Positions 38,574-47,099 of a stretch of 64,000 nt of DNA are shown piece after piece. The notes under the pieces are model-generated. The model saw only the letters and a program-made list of their open reading frames with translations. It did not search any database and was not told the DNA's origin. Position numbers and translations under genes: made by a program. Numbering within the stretch: position 1 is the first letter of the stretch; each line of letters opens with the position of its first letter. Source of the DNA: Oligoflexia bacterium (lineage in GTDB: Bacteria; Bdellovibrionota; UBA1018); contig CAVWVI010000004.1 in NCBI GenBank assembly GCA_963758495.1, positions 512,001-576,000 on the forward strand, written 5' to 3'.

Positions 38574-40102
38574 AAACTATTACCCCAATTACTACCCAAA
38601 TGACTAGATGGACAGCTAGCACTTCTATCGCTCTCGCCCTCCTCAGCTCCTGTGGCCCCAGCGCTTCCCAATTCGCCGATAACACGGGTACTAATATCGC
38701 AGTCACGGCACCTACGCCCGCTCAAACTCCAAATGTTCCTTATCCTAGCTTTAGAGGACAAGATTTTCATGGCGAAAAAAACTTCGCGTTCTTAATGAAT
38801 ACTTATACCCAAGGAAAAGTAGAACCCACCCCTTGGGCAGGATACTGGTGGCCCTACACAGGCAACGGAACTGCATCTGGCACTTACACAGGAGGAGGAA
38901 GCCCAGTTGGAAAATATGATGCAGCCCGAGGAGACACCACTCACGCTCAATTATGGGAAATAAAAAATCACGGAATAGGAGTTCCCAGAGTCCAACAATG
39001 GTGGGGACATTGTAATGGATGGTGTGTTGCCTCCGCTCTCTTTCCAGAACCTCACGAACCCGTTGAGGTGAATGGCATCACGTTCGGTATAGGTGACATT
39101 AAAGCACTTTTGAGCGAAGCAGGCATGTCTGCCAATGCTGATTTTTATGGAGAGCGAGTCGACGTCGACGACCCGAACTCTCCCAAGTATTGGGATACCA
39201 TTCCCGATCAATATTTTTTGGTCTTAACTAATTATATTGGAAAATTAAAACAGGCAGTTCTCATTGATCGGTATACGGGCTCACAAATTTGGAATCAACC
39301 TTTAGCCGGATACAAATTTGAATACCCAAAACCAGAAGACTATTTAGGTAACTCTCCAGAAGCGCCTCACGTTTATCGAATGATCGTGACTTCTACGCTT
39401 TGGTGGATGGACGATGGAGTGATGCCTGACGTACAAACAGTTCAATTCAATTACGAAGATGATCCTTCAGGAATGATTCAATCTAGAACTCTCAGAATGG
39501 AAGTCTGGTTGGATGCTCCTGTCGTTTTTGATGCAAACGGAAAAATGACTTCAAGTGGAGATGTCATTGTAACCCGTGATGGAGAAACCCTAACGGGGGG
39601 AGCCTGGAGGATGGGGGACGGCTACCTCGTCGATGCTTGGCCTGATTATATGTGGGTTCCTTACAGCATTATCAAGCCTACAGATCCTGACGAGGACTAC
39701 GCTAATCCTGAAGTAGATATGGATTGGATCAAAGCTCATATTCTTGTGTCCGGGGGCGCTAATGATCCTTCCGTATCACCAGGAACGGTGAGACCTGCGC
39801 CGATGCCTTATCCTTCTGGGTTTCCAACTTCTTGGCCAAGTTTTCCTGCAGGATGGCCATCAGGAAATCCACAGCCATGGCCGTCTGGGAATCCGCAACC
39901 CTGGCCCACAAGCTGGGGACCTCCCACTTCTGGAGGATCTGGGTCTACTGGTACTCCTTTGCCTGGGTCATCTGGAAATCCACAACCCTGGCCCAGTTGG
40001 GGGCCTCCTATTTCTGGAGGATCTGGCTCGACGGGTACTCCTTTGCCATGGCCGGCCTGGATTCCATCACCTCGACCTACATCCAACTATCCAGAAATTT
40101 GA
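38570..40102 (+). CDS. Lipoprotein with transglutaminase-elicitor (GP42)-like domain and Pro/Gly/Trp repeat tail
   Basis: Lipobox LLSSC; PWAGYWWP, WWGHCNGW, DIKALLS, QIWNQP; tail SGNPQPWP x3 and SWGPPxSGGSGSTGTPLP x2. Confidence 0.7.
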   Translation: MKTITPITTQMTRWTASTSIALALLSSCGPSASQFADNTGTNIAVTAPTPAQTPNVPYPSFRGQDFHGEKNFAFLMNTYTQGKVEPTPWAGYWWPYTGNGTASGTYTGGGSPVGKYDAARGDTTHAQLWEIKNHGIGVPRVQQWWGHCNGWCVASALFPEPHEPVEVNGITFGIGDIKALLSEAGMSANADFYGERVDVDDPNSPKYWDTIPDQYFLVLTNYIGKLKQAVLIDRYTGSQIWNQPLAGYKFEYPKPEDYLGNSPEAPHVYRMIVTSTLWWMDDGVMPDVQTVQFNYEDDPSGMIQSRTLRMEVWLDAPVVFDANGKMTSSGDVIVTRDGETLTGGAWRMGDGYLVDAWPDYMWVPYSIIKPTDPDEDYANPEVDMDWIKAHILVSGGANDPSVSPGTVRPAPMPYPSGFPTSWPSFPAGWPSGNPQPWPSGNPQPWPTSWGPPTSGGSGSTGTPLPGSSGNPQPWPSWGPPISGGSGSTGTPLPWPAWIPSPRPTSNYPEI

Positions 40103-40106
40103 TGAC

Positions 40107-41129
40107 TTAAAAAATCGTACCGTTCAACCACATGCCGAATGAGGCGGATTCAAGAAAAGTACTTTGTTGCCCAGTACTGGCATCGATTCTTTGAACCGCT
40201 ATGGGATAAGCACTCACAAACGGAAAAACCGTGATCGATTGCGAAAGGACATAAGTGATTCCTAAATTAATGGGAATAGCAGTCAATCGCCAAGAGTCCT
40301 TAGTTCCATTTGAGAGCAAAATCGCTTTTAATGGATTCCAATCTGAAATCACTTGTTTTCGGTAGTCAAAACTTGTCCCCACACTCAAATTTACCGTATC
40401 GCTCAAGCTATAATTTAAAGTAGGAAGAAGGGCAATAATGAACTCCGGCTTGTTTTCCGGTATATAGCCCCCAAAGGTCATTTGAGGCTCTGCTATTTTG
40501 CGGTCTGAGTAAAAAAAGTATCGCGGACTCACAACACTAAATATGGACCATCGACTTCCGGTCGGATTGTATCGAAAACTGGCAAACATTCCCGGATTAA
40601 ATAAAACAGTTCGTCTCTGAGCTTGGTAGCCCGTAAAAGGTGCTGGGAAAAAGTAAGGAAAATCTGAATTAATCGCTCCTGTTAAAGACCAATCTCTCCC
40701 AGACAATAACCGACCCGAAAGTCCGAGACGAGGCGTCTCCCAACGGAAGACGCTGAACTCAGTATTGCCGGTGCTATTATTTAAAATAATTTTAAATCGA
40801 CTTTGAAAATCTAAAGCCAAATTGCTTGAAAACTTATATCGAATTGAAAACTGATTCTGAAAATAGACTCCATCGTTCTCGGGCCTTCCCAGTTGATTGG
40901 GATTAAACAACAAATGATCCGGATGAAGTCCAGGACCGTAGAAAAAAGTGAAATAAGTAATACCTATCGTCTCTTTTAGTTTCTGATAAAAACTAACAGT
41001 TTCTTGATCTAAGAGTTGATGCTCACTCGTCAAGGACGAAACGGCAGTGTTTGCCCATGCAGAGGGCATGACTATACTAATCAATAGTATTCTTATCAAG
41101 TTTAGCACGTGGCGTGAGGTGTACCACAC
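40107..41129 (-). CDS. Hypothetical outer-membrane protein
   Basis: Signal peptide, beta-rich, terminal Phe. Confidence 0.6.
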   Translation of the reverse strand: MWYTSRHVLNLIRILLISIVMPSAWANTAVSSLTSEHQLLDQETVSFYQKLKETIGITYFTFFYGPGLHPDHLLFNPNQLGRPENDGVYFQNQFSIRYKFSSNLALDFQSRFKIILNNSTGNTEFSVFRWETPRLGLSGRLLSGRDWSLTGAINSDFPYFFPAPFTGYQAQRRTVLFNPGMFASFRYNPTGSRWSIFSVVSPRYFFYSDRKIAEPQMTFGGYIPENKPEFIIALLPTLNYSLSDTVNLSVGTSFDYRKQVISDWNPLKAILLSNGTKDSWRLTAIPINLGITYVLSQSITVFPFVSAYPIAVQRIDASTGQQSTFLESASFGMWLNGTIF

Positions 41130-41227
41130 TTAATGACTATTCTAAACTTAAATACATAAAGGATTGATTCACTAAAAAAATAGCTTTAAAATTAAGAAGT
41201 TAGTGAATTTTAAGAGTAATGATTAGC

Positions 41228-41779
41228 TCAGTTAGGGTACTTGAGATAGTAAATATCTGGGAGATTTCGACTTCGCTCCTCAAGATCTAAGCCATAACCT
41301 ACTAAAAACTGGTCATCAATGGTTCTTCCACTGTACTTAACCGATACGTCGACCACTCGCTTAGACACCTTATCAAGAAGGGTCACAATCTCTACCGACG
41401 CAGGTCCGGCAGCCATGAGTCGATCATAGAGAAACCTCAAGGTGCGACCGCTATCTATAATTTCTTCAACGATCAGGACATGCTTGCCTCGAATATCTGC
41501 TTGAATATCCTTCAAAATAGTCACAGTTCCACTTGAAGTTCTACCTTTTCCATAGCTGGATAATCGTACAAATTCGACTTCTACAGGAACATGAATTTGT
41601 CGCACTAAGTCGGCCATAAAAAGGATTGCTCCCTTGAGAACCCCAATCAGTATGATTTCTTTACCTTCGTAATCCTGATTAATCTTGTTTGCAATTGACT
41701 GAACAGCCGCTTCGATCTCATGTCGATTGAGATACTTTGTGAAATTTTTTTCATCCAGCATGACAAGAACCCTCAACAA
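41228..41779 (-). CDS. hpt: Hypoxanthine phosphoribosyltransferase
   Basis: GVLKGA, SSYG, VLIVEEIIDSGRTL, FLVGYGLD. Confidence 0.95.
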   Translation of the reverse strand: MLRVLVMLDEKNFTKYLNRHEIEAAVQSIANKINQDYEGKEIILIGVLKGAILFMADLVRQIHVPVEVEFVRLSSYGKGRTSSGTVTILKDIQADIRGKHVLIVEEIIDSGRTLRFLYDRLMAAGPASVEIVTLLDKVSKRVVDVSVKYSGRTIDDQFLVGYGLDLEERSRNLPDIYYLKYPN

Positions 41780-41884
41780 AATAATACATGGGAAATGAGA
41801 TTGCTGTAACTAATAAAAATATGCAACTAAGTTGGTTCAGAGTTCGAAGAAGAAGTGGCTTTTGAAGCACTTTTTTCGACACTC

Positions 41885-42139
41885 TCAGAACTTGACGATG
41901 GGCTTGATGATGGGCTTGATGACCGAAGTTGCCGATGACGCTGCTTGAGCAATTGCGTCTTGGTTTTTAGCCTGCTCTTCAATTTTACGAAATTTTGCCT
42001 CTTCGACGCCCGAAATCGCATCTTTAAAGTTGCGAATCGCTTTACCTAGGGTATTTCCTAGTTCAGGGAGGCGACGGGGACCAAAAATGAGTAACACAAT
42101 ACCTAAAATGAGAAGATGCTCGCCAGATATTCCAAACAT
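41885..42139 (-). CDS. tatA: Twin-arginine translocase TatA/E subunit
   Basis: LLIFGPRRLPELGNTLGKAIRNFK; ATG start at 42139 preferred. Confidence 0.9.
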   Translation of the reverse strand: MFGISGEHLLILGIVLLIFGPRRLPELGNTLGKAIRNFKDAISGVEEAKFRKIEEQAKNQDAIAQAASSATSVIKPIIKPIVKF

Positions 42140-42167
42140 AAACACTGTATACAGGTCGATAATTCCC

Positions 42168-42887
42168 GTGTCAATTGCGGTTCTCAGGTGCCTACTCTGG
42201 TTTATGCCCTACTCTACTGCAATCCCCTGCTGGGCTGATGAAATACAACCTAAAGGCACCAACGCTTACCAAATCGTTACAGGGGATGACTCTGAAGGTG
42301 ACCGCCGGCACTGGGACAAGCTTTTCAACACCCGAGCGTACATCTATGGAAAAGAGCCCTCCCCTTTCCTCAAGGACCACATTTCCTTACTGCTACGAAC
42401 CCCCTCTTCCCAGCCTTTTTTGATGCGTAATCGCCACGCGGCCGATATTGCTATGGGCGAAGGAAGAAATGCTGTCTTCTTGGCAAAAATGGGATTTTCA
42501 GTGGATGGCGTTGATATCTCTGAAGTCGCTCTTCGTAAAGCCAAGCATCTGGCTCATGAAAATGGAGTCACCCTCAATACGGTCATCGCGGATTTGAATC
42601 ACTACAAACTGAAACCAGAATTTTACCACGTCATTGTGAATATTGACTACCTTCAGAGGAACCTCATTCCCCAAATCAAACGTGGCCTTAAAAAACAAGG
42701 GATCGTTATTTATGAAAACTACACCCTCGACCAGCTCAATAATGTAGGTGGCCAATACCTCAGTAGAGATTCATTACTCAACAAAGGGGAGCTCAAAGAG
42801 CTATTTAAAGACTTTCAGATTTTAGTTTATCGAGAATCCAATGATGGAACGAATGCAAAAGCGAGTATCATTGCGAGAAAGCCTTAA
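42168..42887 (+). CDS. Class I SAM-dependent methyltransferase (TehB-like)
   Basis: YGKEPS, DIAMGEGRNA, GVDIS; start uncertain (GTG 42168 or ATG 42204; 42030 overlaps tatA). Confidence 0.85.
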   Translation: MSIAVLRCLLWFMPYSTAIPCWADEIQPKGTNAYQIVTGDDSEGDRRHWDKLFNTRAYIYGKEPSPFLKDHISLLLRTPSSQPFLMRNRHAADIAMGEGRNAVFLAKMGFSVDGVDISEVALRKAKHLAHENGVTLNTVIADLNHYKLKPEFYHVIVNIDYLQRNLIPQIKRGLKKQGIVIYENYTLDQLNNVGGQYLSRDSLLNKGELKELFKDFQILVYRESNDGTNAKASIIARKP

Positions 42888-43849
42888 CCTTTAAATCGAT
42901 ACTGAGTGGTTGCTTGAGTTCCTGTCTTAATCAATTTCTTTTCTGAAACTCCTAGCGCGAGATCCCGGCTTGCAGTTGCAGTCGAAATAGTCTTAAAGAA
43001 CTGAAGGTAATCTTTGCGAGAAAATTCACGTCGCTTAAATTCCATCTGAGCCAGCTCAAGTCGGGATTGAGGCGTCTCTGAATCTGGCTTGAGCTGATCC
43101 AAGAAGTCTTTGAGAGCATCTCGAATCGTTCCCAGTGAGAACTCAATAAAATCAGTTGAATCTCCTTTTTTGTCACACCGCTCAAGGATTGAATAATAAG
43201 ACTCTTGTCGATCTTTAATTAAAGACTCAACAGGAAGATATTCGAACACGCCCTGGTATTTCGTTAAAATCAGAGACTGCCAAAAGCGACCTATCCGTCC
43301 ATTTCCATCTGAAAACGGATGGATAAATTCCAACTCATAGTGAAATACACAGGCAAGAATGAGAGGAGACAACTCTTTCGCATTTTTTAAAAAGCTAAAA
43401 AGGTTATCCATCAGCTGAGGCACTTGCTTTGCGGGAGGTGCGAGATGAGATACCTTTTGACCTTTGAGTATCCCCACCGCTCCAAGACGGTATTTCCCAG
43501 CGTTCGGAATCAGATCTTTCATCAGAACACCATGTGCCCACAATAAATCCTTCTCTTTGATCGGATTCAACTCATAAAGCGATTCATAAAGCCTGATCGT
43601 ATTTTGAACTTCACCTATATCCCGCTTTGGGCCCTTGACTCGCTTACCTCCGAAAATCGCTGTAACCTGCTCTAGATCGAGAGTATTCCCTTCGATCGCA
43701 AGACTATCCTTGATCGTTCTCACTCGATTTTGACGTCTGAGCTTGGGCTGAGGAACTGGCGCGTGAAATCCTTCATACTTGCCCAGCAAATGACTCACTT
43801 CAGAAACAAGATTAAGAATCTTAGGCGTGAGGATAAAAGGAGGGTACAT
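42884..43849 (-). CDS. Fic family protein with C-terminal wHTH
   Basis: SLAIEGN inhibitory motif, HPFSDGNGRIGR, ISTATASRDL. Confidence 0.93.
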   Translation of the reverse strand: MYPPFILTPKILNLVSEVSHLLGKYEGFHAPVPQPKLRRQNRVRTIKDSLAIEGNTLDLEQVTAIFGGKRVKGPKRDIGEVQNTIRLYESLYELNPIKEKDLLWAHGVLMKDLIPNAGKYRLGAVGILKGQKVSHLAPPAKQVPQLMDNLFSFLKNAKELSPLILACVFHYELEFIHPFSDGNGRIGRFWQSLILTKYQGVFEYLPVESLIKDRQESYYSILERCDKKGDSTDFIEFSLGTIRDALKDFLDQLKPDSETPQSRLELAQMEFKRREFSRKDYLQFFKTISTATASRDLALGVSEKKLIKTGTQATTQYRFKG

Positions 43850-43855
43850 AGATAG

Positions 43856-43877
43856 GATAGTATCATATGATACTATC
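43856..43877. promoter_or_regulatory. Perfect 22-bp palindrome just upstream of the Fic start
   Basis: GATAGTATCATATGATACTATC. Confidence 0.7.
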
Positions 43878-43910
43878 GGATATCATAAAAAATCATTTAC
43901 CTGCAAATGT

Positions 43911-44112
43911 GCCTTTACCAAATAAATCAGACTTATTTTTAATCACCTCGTTGAAGCTTCTTTGACGAACTAACACCCACTCCAGGGTTGTTTCACGTTC
44001 ACTCGTTCCCGTTCCCCTACGCCTCCGGCTACGGGGCGATCCACCGTACCGTGAACGTGACATTGAAGAAATCCATGGAAAGATTATATTTTTTATTTTT
44101 TGGAATATTTTA
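43911..44112 (-). repeat. Left long inverted repeat of the HNH element
   Basis: Reverse complement matches 45243-45433; 43919-43994 vs 45349-45424 is 71/76 identical. Confidence 0.92.
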
Positions 44113-44165
44113 AAATATAATTTTTCGATCAAAATACCTCGTAAATTCACATTATTTTATATATT

Positions 44166-45191
44166 ATGCCTCTATCTATGATTACTTTTATTGAAGACGT
44201 TTCGGTTCTCTCAGATAAAGAATTGCTCAGCTACTCTGTAAAACTTGCTCAGCATGAAAAAGAAATTGGATTACAAATTATCATCTGTTTGCGAGAAGCC
44301 GAGAGACGAATGCTCTATTGTCAATTGGGAATGAATTCATTGTGGGAGTTTGCAACTCAACATTTGGGTCTCAGTAGCGGAAACGCACAAATGAAGATTG
44401 ATGCGATGCGCCTATCTAGAGACAATCCTATTGCACAGGAAAAAATTAAAACCGGAGAACTAAGCCTCGTAAACGCGGCAAAAGTGAATAGTTTTTTTAG
44501 ACAAGAAAAGAAGGCAGGTCATATCTATACGCCGGAACAAAAGGCAGAAGTCATTGAAAGCGTTTTGGATCTGTCTCAAAGTAAATGCGAACGGGCATTG
44601 TTGGCACGAGCTCCAGAATCTATTCCTGCAGAAAAAATTCGCCCACTGACAGAAACAAAAACAGAAGTCAAAATTGTAGTGAATCAAGAAACGATGGCTA
44701 TCTTGAAACGATTAAAAGATCTGTTGTCCAACAGGATGCCTAATGCAACCTACGCAGACCTTTTGGATTATCTCGCACGAGAAAAAGTGGAAGTTTTAGA
44801 AAAGAAACAGATGGGAGTCACGCTGGAAGAACTTGAGTGCGTTTCCACCGCTACAGGTGAGGTAACTCCAGCTAATATCACGTCTATAAAGATGGAGATG
44901 GAAATAGAAGCAGGTCCACCCCACAACGCACCCACACCTCGCAAGTACATTTCGGTTGAAGACCGTAGGTGGGCTATGAGAAGGGCTGGAGGACAATGTG
45001 AACATGTTTCTTCGAATGGGCGCCGTTGTACCAATAGACGACAACTTCAGCTAGATCACAAAATTCCTCTGGCACTTGGGGGCACGAACGAGCGCTCAAA
45101 TTATCGGATTGCGTGCAGAGCCTGTAATATATTTTATGCAAAAATGCATTTGGGTGAAGTCATGAATAAATACGTTCCCAGCTTGAATTAG
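44166..45191 (+). CDS. HNH endonuclease with a long helical N-terminal domain
   Basis: C-terminal RAGGQCE..C..LQLDHKIPLALGGTNERSNYRIACRACN. Confidence 0.9.
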   Translation: MPLSMITFIEDVSVLSDKELLSYSVKLAQHEKEIGLQIIICLREAERRMLYCQLGMNSLWEFATQHLGLSSGNAQMKIDAMRLSRDNPIAQEKIKTGELSLVNAAKVNSFFRQEKKAGHIYTPEQKAEVIESVLDLSQSKCERALLARAPESIPAEKIRPLTETKTEVKIVVNQETMAILKRLKDLLSNRMPNATYADLLDYLAREKVEVLEKKQMGVTLEELECVSTATGEVTPANITSIKMEMEIEAGPPHNAPTPRKYISVEDRRWAMRRAGGQCEHVSSNGRRCTNRRQLQLDHKIPLALGGTNERSNYRIACRACNIFYAKMHLGEVMNKYVPSLN

Positions 45192-45242
45192 GATACTTGT
45201 AGTCCACCTGCATGATAACAAGATAAAGATGGGCTTTTCTAG

Positions 45243-45433
45243 TAAAAATATTTCAAAAAATAAAAATATATTCTTCCCATGAATTTCTTCATGATCTTGT
45301 TTACGGTACGGCAACGCCGGCGCGGCCTGGACGGCCGCGAGTAAACAAGAAACAACCATGGAGTGGGCGTTAGTTCGTCAAAAAAGCTTCAACGAGATGA
45401 TTAAAAATAAGTCTGATTTGTTTGATAAAAGGC
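45243..45433 (+). repeat. Right long inverted repeat of the HNH element
   Basis: Partner of 43911-44112; stem TCTTGTTTAC/GTAAACAAGA encloses GCAA-loop and CGCGGCC/GGCCGCG hairpins. Confidence 0.92.
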
Positions 45434-45560
45434 TGGAGATGGTTCGGAAGGAGATCCTAGGTGAACTCCAGGAAAAATCCAAAGTATTATCTGAATAACT
45501 CAATCAAACCATTACTGTGAGATGAATGAGTATTTAAATTTGATCGAAGTGAATCAATAT

Positions 45561-45761
45561 TTAATTTAAATGACCTTCGATAGACTTAAAATACTGGAGT
45601 AAGTCATTTAACGTTTCAGGATATTCTTTGCATGAAATTGAGATACCAGCAAAGTTTTCCCATTCCAGGGTTACAGTACTTCCATTCAGATCATAATCAA
45701 TAAAAACTTGATCGAAGGAATCGATAACATTAACTTCTTTCGCCTTTAGTTGATCGATCAT
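45561..45761 (-). CDS. Small hypothetical protein, possibly 5'-truncated
   Basis: Acidic, protein-like ORF in AT-rich DNA; frame continues upstream. Confidence 0.4.
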   Translation of the reverse strand: MIDQLKAKEVNVIDSFDQVFIDYDLNGSTVTLEWENFAGISISCKEYPETLNDLLQYFKSIEGHLN

Positions 45762-46064
45762 TATAGATCTAATTTTTAAAAAAAGCTTGTTATCATCGCT
45801 ATCAAATAAAATTACAGGAATAGTAGTTTCAGTATGGTTCGAAATTTGGCTTGTATTAGCTGAGATCGTATCGTTCTTAAAGTATGAATATGAACTTAGA
45901 GGTTTAATGCCTAATTCAGCATTTCTTCCTGATGTTGAGTAATAAGAAAGAGCATTAGATCTTATTTTAAATTCAGCCTATCATGGTAATTCTGCTTTAT
46001 CAAATTAATATTTTACATTTAAATATTAATTTATACTAAACAGAGTAACTTGCGACTTGGAACA

Positions 46065-47099
46065 TCAAAAATTCAAATCCGCCGCCGCAGGACGCGTCAT
46101 CAGATTTTTAAGCACATCATGAACTGAAATTTTTTCGTTAATCAGACGGTTAATTCCTTCAGTAATAGGCATGGAAATCCCATGCTTGGAAGCAAATTCC
46201 CATACGGCTTGAGCGGTCCTCACTCCTTCAGCGGTGCTGCCCAAATCAATTAAAATATTTGCCAATTCTTCACCTTGAGCCAACCGAAGACCGACCCGAT
46301 AATTTCGACTCAGCGGACTATTACTTGTCGCCAGAAGATCCCCTATTCCAGCAAGTCCTAAAAAGGTAGACTCTTCAGCTCCCATAGCCATTCCAAATCG
46401 AACCATCTCGGCCAAACCTCGGGTCACTAAGAGTGCACGAGCATTCCAACCCAACTTCATTTCATCTACAGCACCTGAAGCAATCGCAAGAATGTTCTTA
46501 AGAACTCCTGCCCATTCCACCCCAATGATATCTCGACTTCGATAGACCCGAAAGCGATCGCTTGCCAAGAGCGCTTGCCCCGCATCGCAGACTTCCGTAA
46601 ACACCGAAGCAACAACAGTTGCCGCAGGTTCTCCTCGTGCAATTTCATGAGCTAAATTGGGACCACTAATGACCCCAATCCGTCGGCACGGTAATTCTTC
46701 CATTAAAATCTGAGAAATACGTTTCAAACTTCCTGACTCTATTCCTTTGGTCGCATGCAGAACCAGCTCATCCCCTTGCAGAAATGGAGCAATTTTTTTA
46801 GCCTGTTCTCGGCACACACTCGAAGGAAGAGCCCAAATCACACAATGAAGGCCCCCTTCAAACAATCGATTCAAGGAACTATAAGCATGCACTTTTTCAT
46901 TGAGCTGCAAACCCGGCACATATTGATCATTGGTTCGAGTTGAATTAATCGACTTCACCGACTCTTCATCTCGGAGCCAAACTCTGACCTCACGACAGTT
47001 CAGAGATACACTGTTTGCCAATACAGTGCCCCAGCTACCGCCACCGATCACTCCTACTTTTGAATTACGCCAAAAACCCTTGGCCATCATTTTGTCCAA
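46065..47099 (-). CDS. gpsA: NAD(P)H-dependent glycerol-3-phosphate dehydrogenase
   Basis: GGGSWGT, TKGIE, SGPNLA, LKNILAI, GLAGIGDL, SRNYRVG. Confidence 0.95.
   Translation of the reverse strand: MDKMMAKGFWRNSKVGVIGGGSWGTVLANSVSLNCREVRVWLRDEESVKSINSTRTNDQYVPGLQLNEKVHAYSSLNRLFEGGLHCVIWALPSSVCREQAKKIAPFLQGDELVLHATKGIESGSLKRISQILMEELPCRRIGVISGPNLAHEIARGEPAATVVASVFTEVCDAGQALLASDRFRVYRSRDIIGVEWAGVLKNILAIASGAVDEMKLGWNARALLVTRGLAEMVRFGMAMGAEESTFLGLAGIGDLLATSNSPLSRNYRVGLRLAQGEELANILIDLGSTAEGVRTAQAVWEFASKHGISMPITEGINRLINEKISVHDVLKNLMTRPAAADLNF

Noticed and set aside
43893..44150. 85-aa minus-strand ORF as a real gene
   Set aside because: It runs through the structured repeat and AT tract and its composition reflects the repeat; only the outer arm is kept as a low-confidence finding.
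44166..45191. IscB/Cas9-like or group I intron-encoded nuclease
   Set aside because: No RuvC or PLMP motifs are visible, and the gene does not interrupt a host gene.
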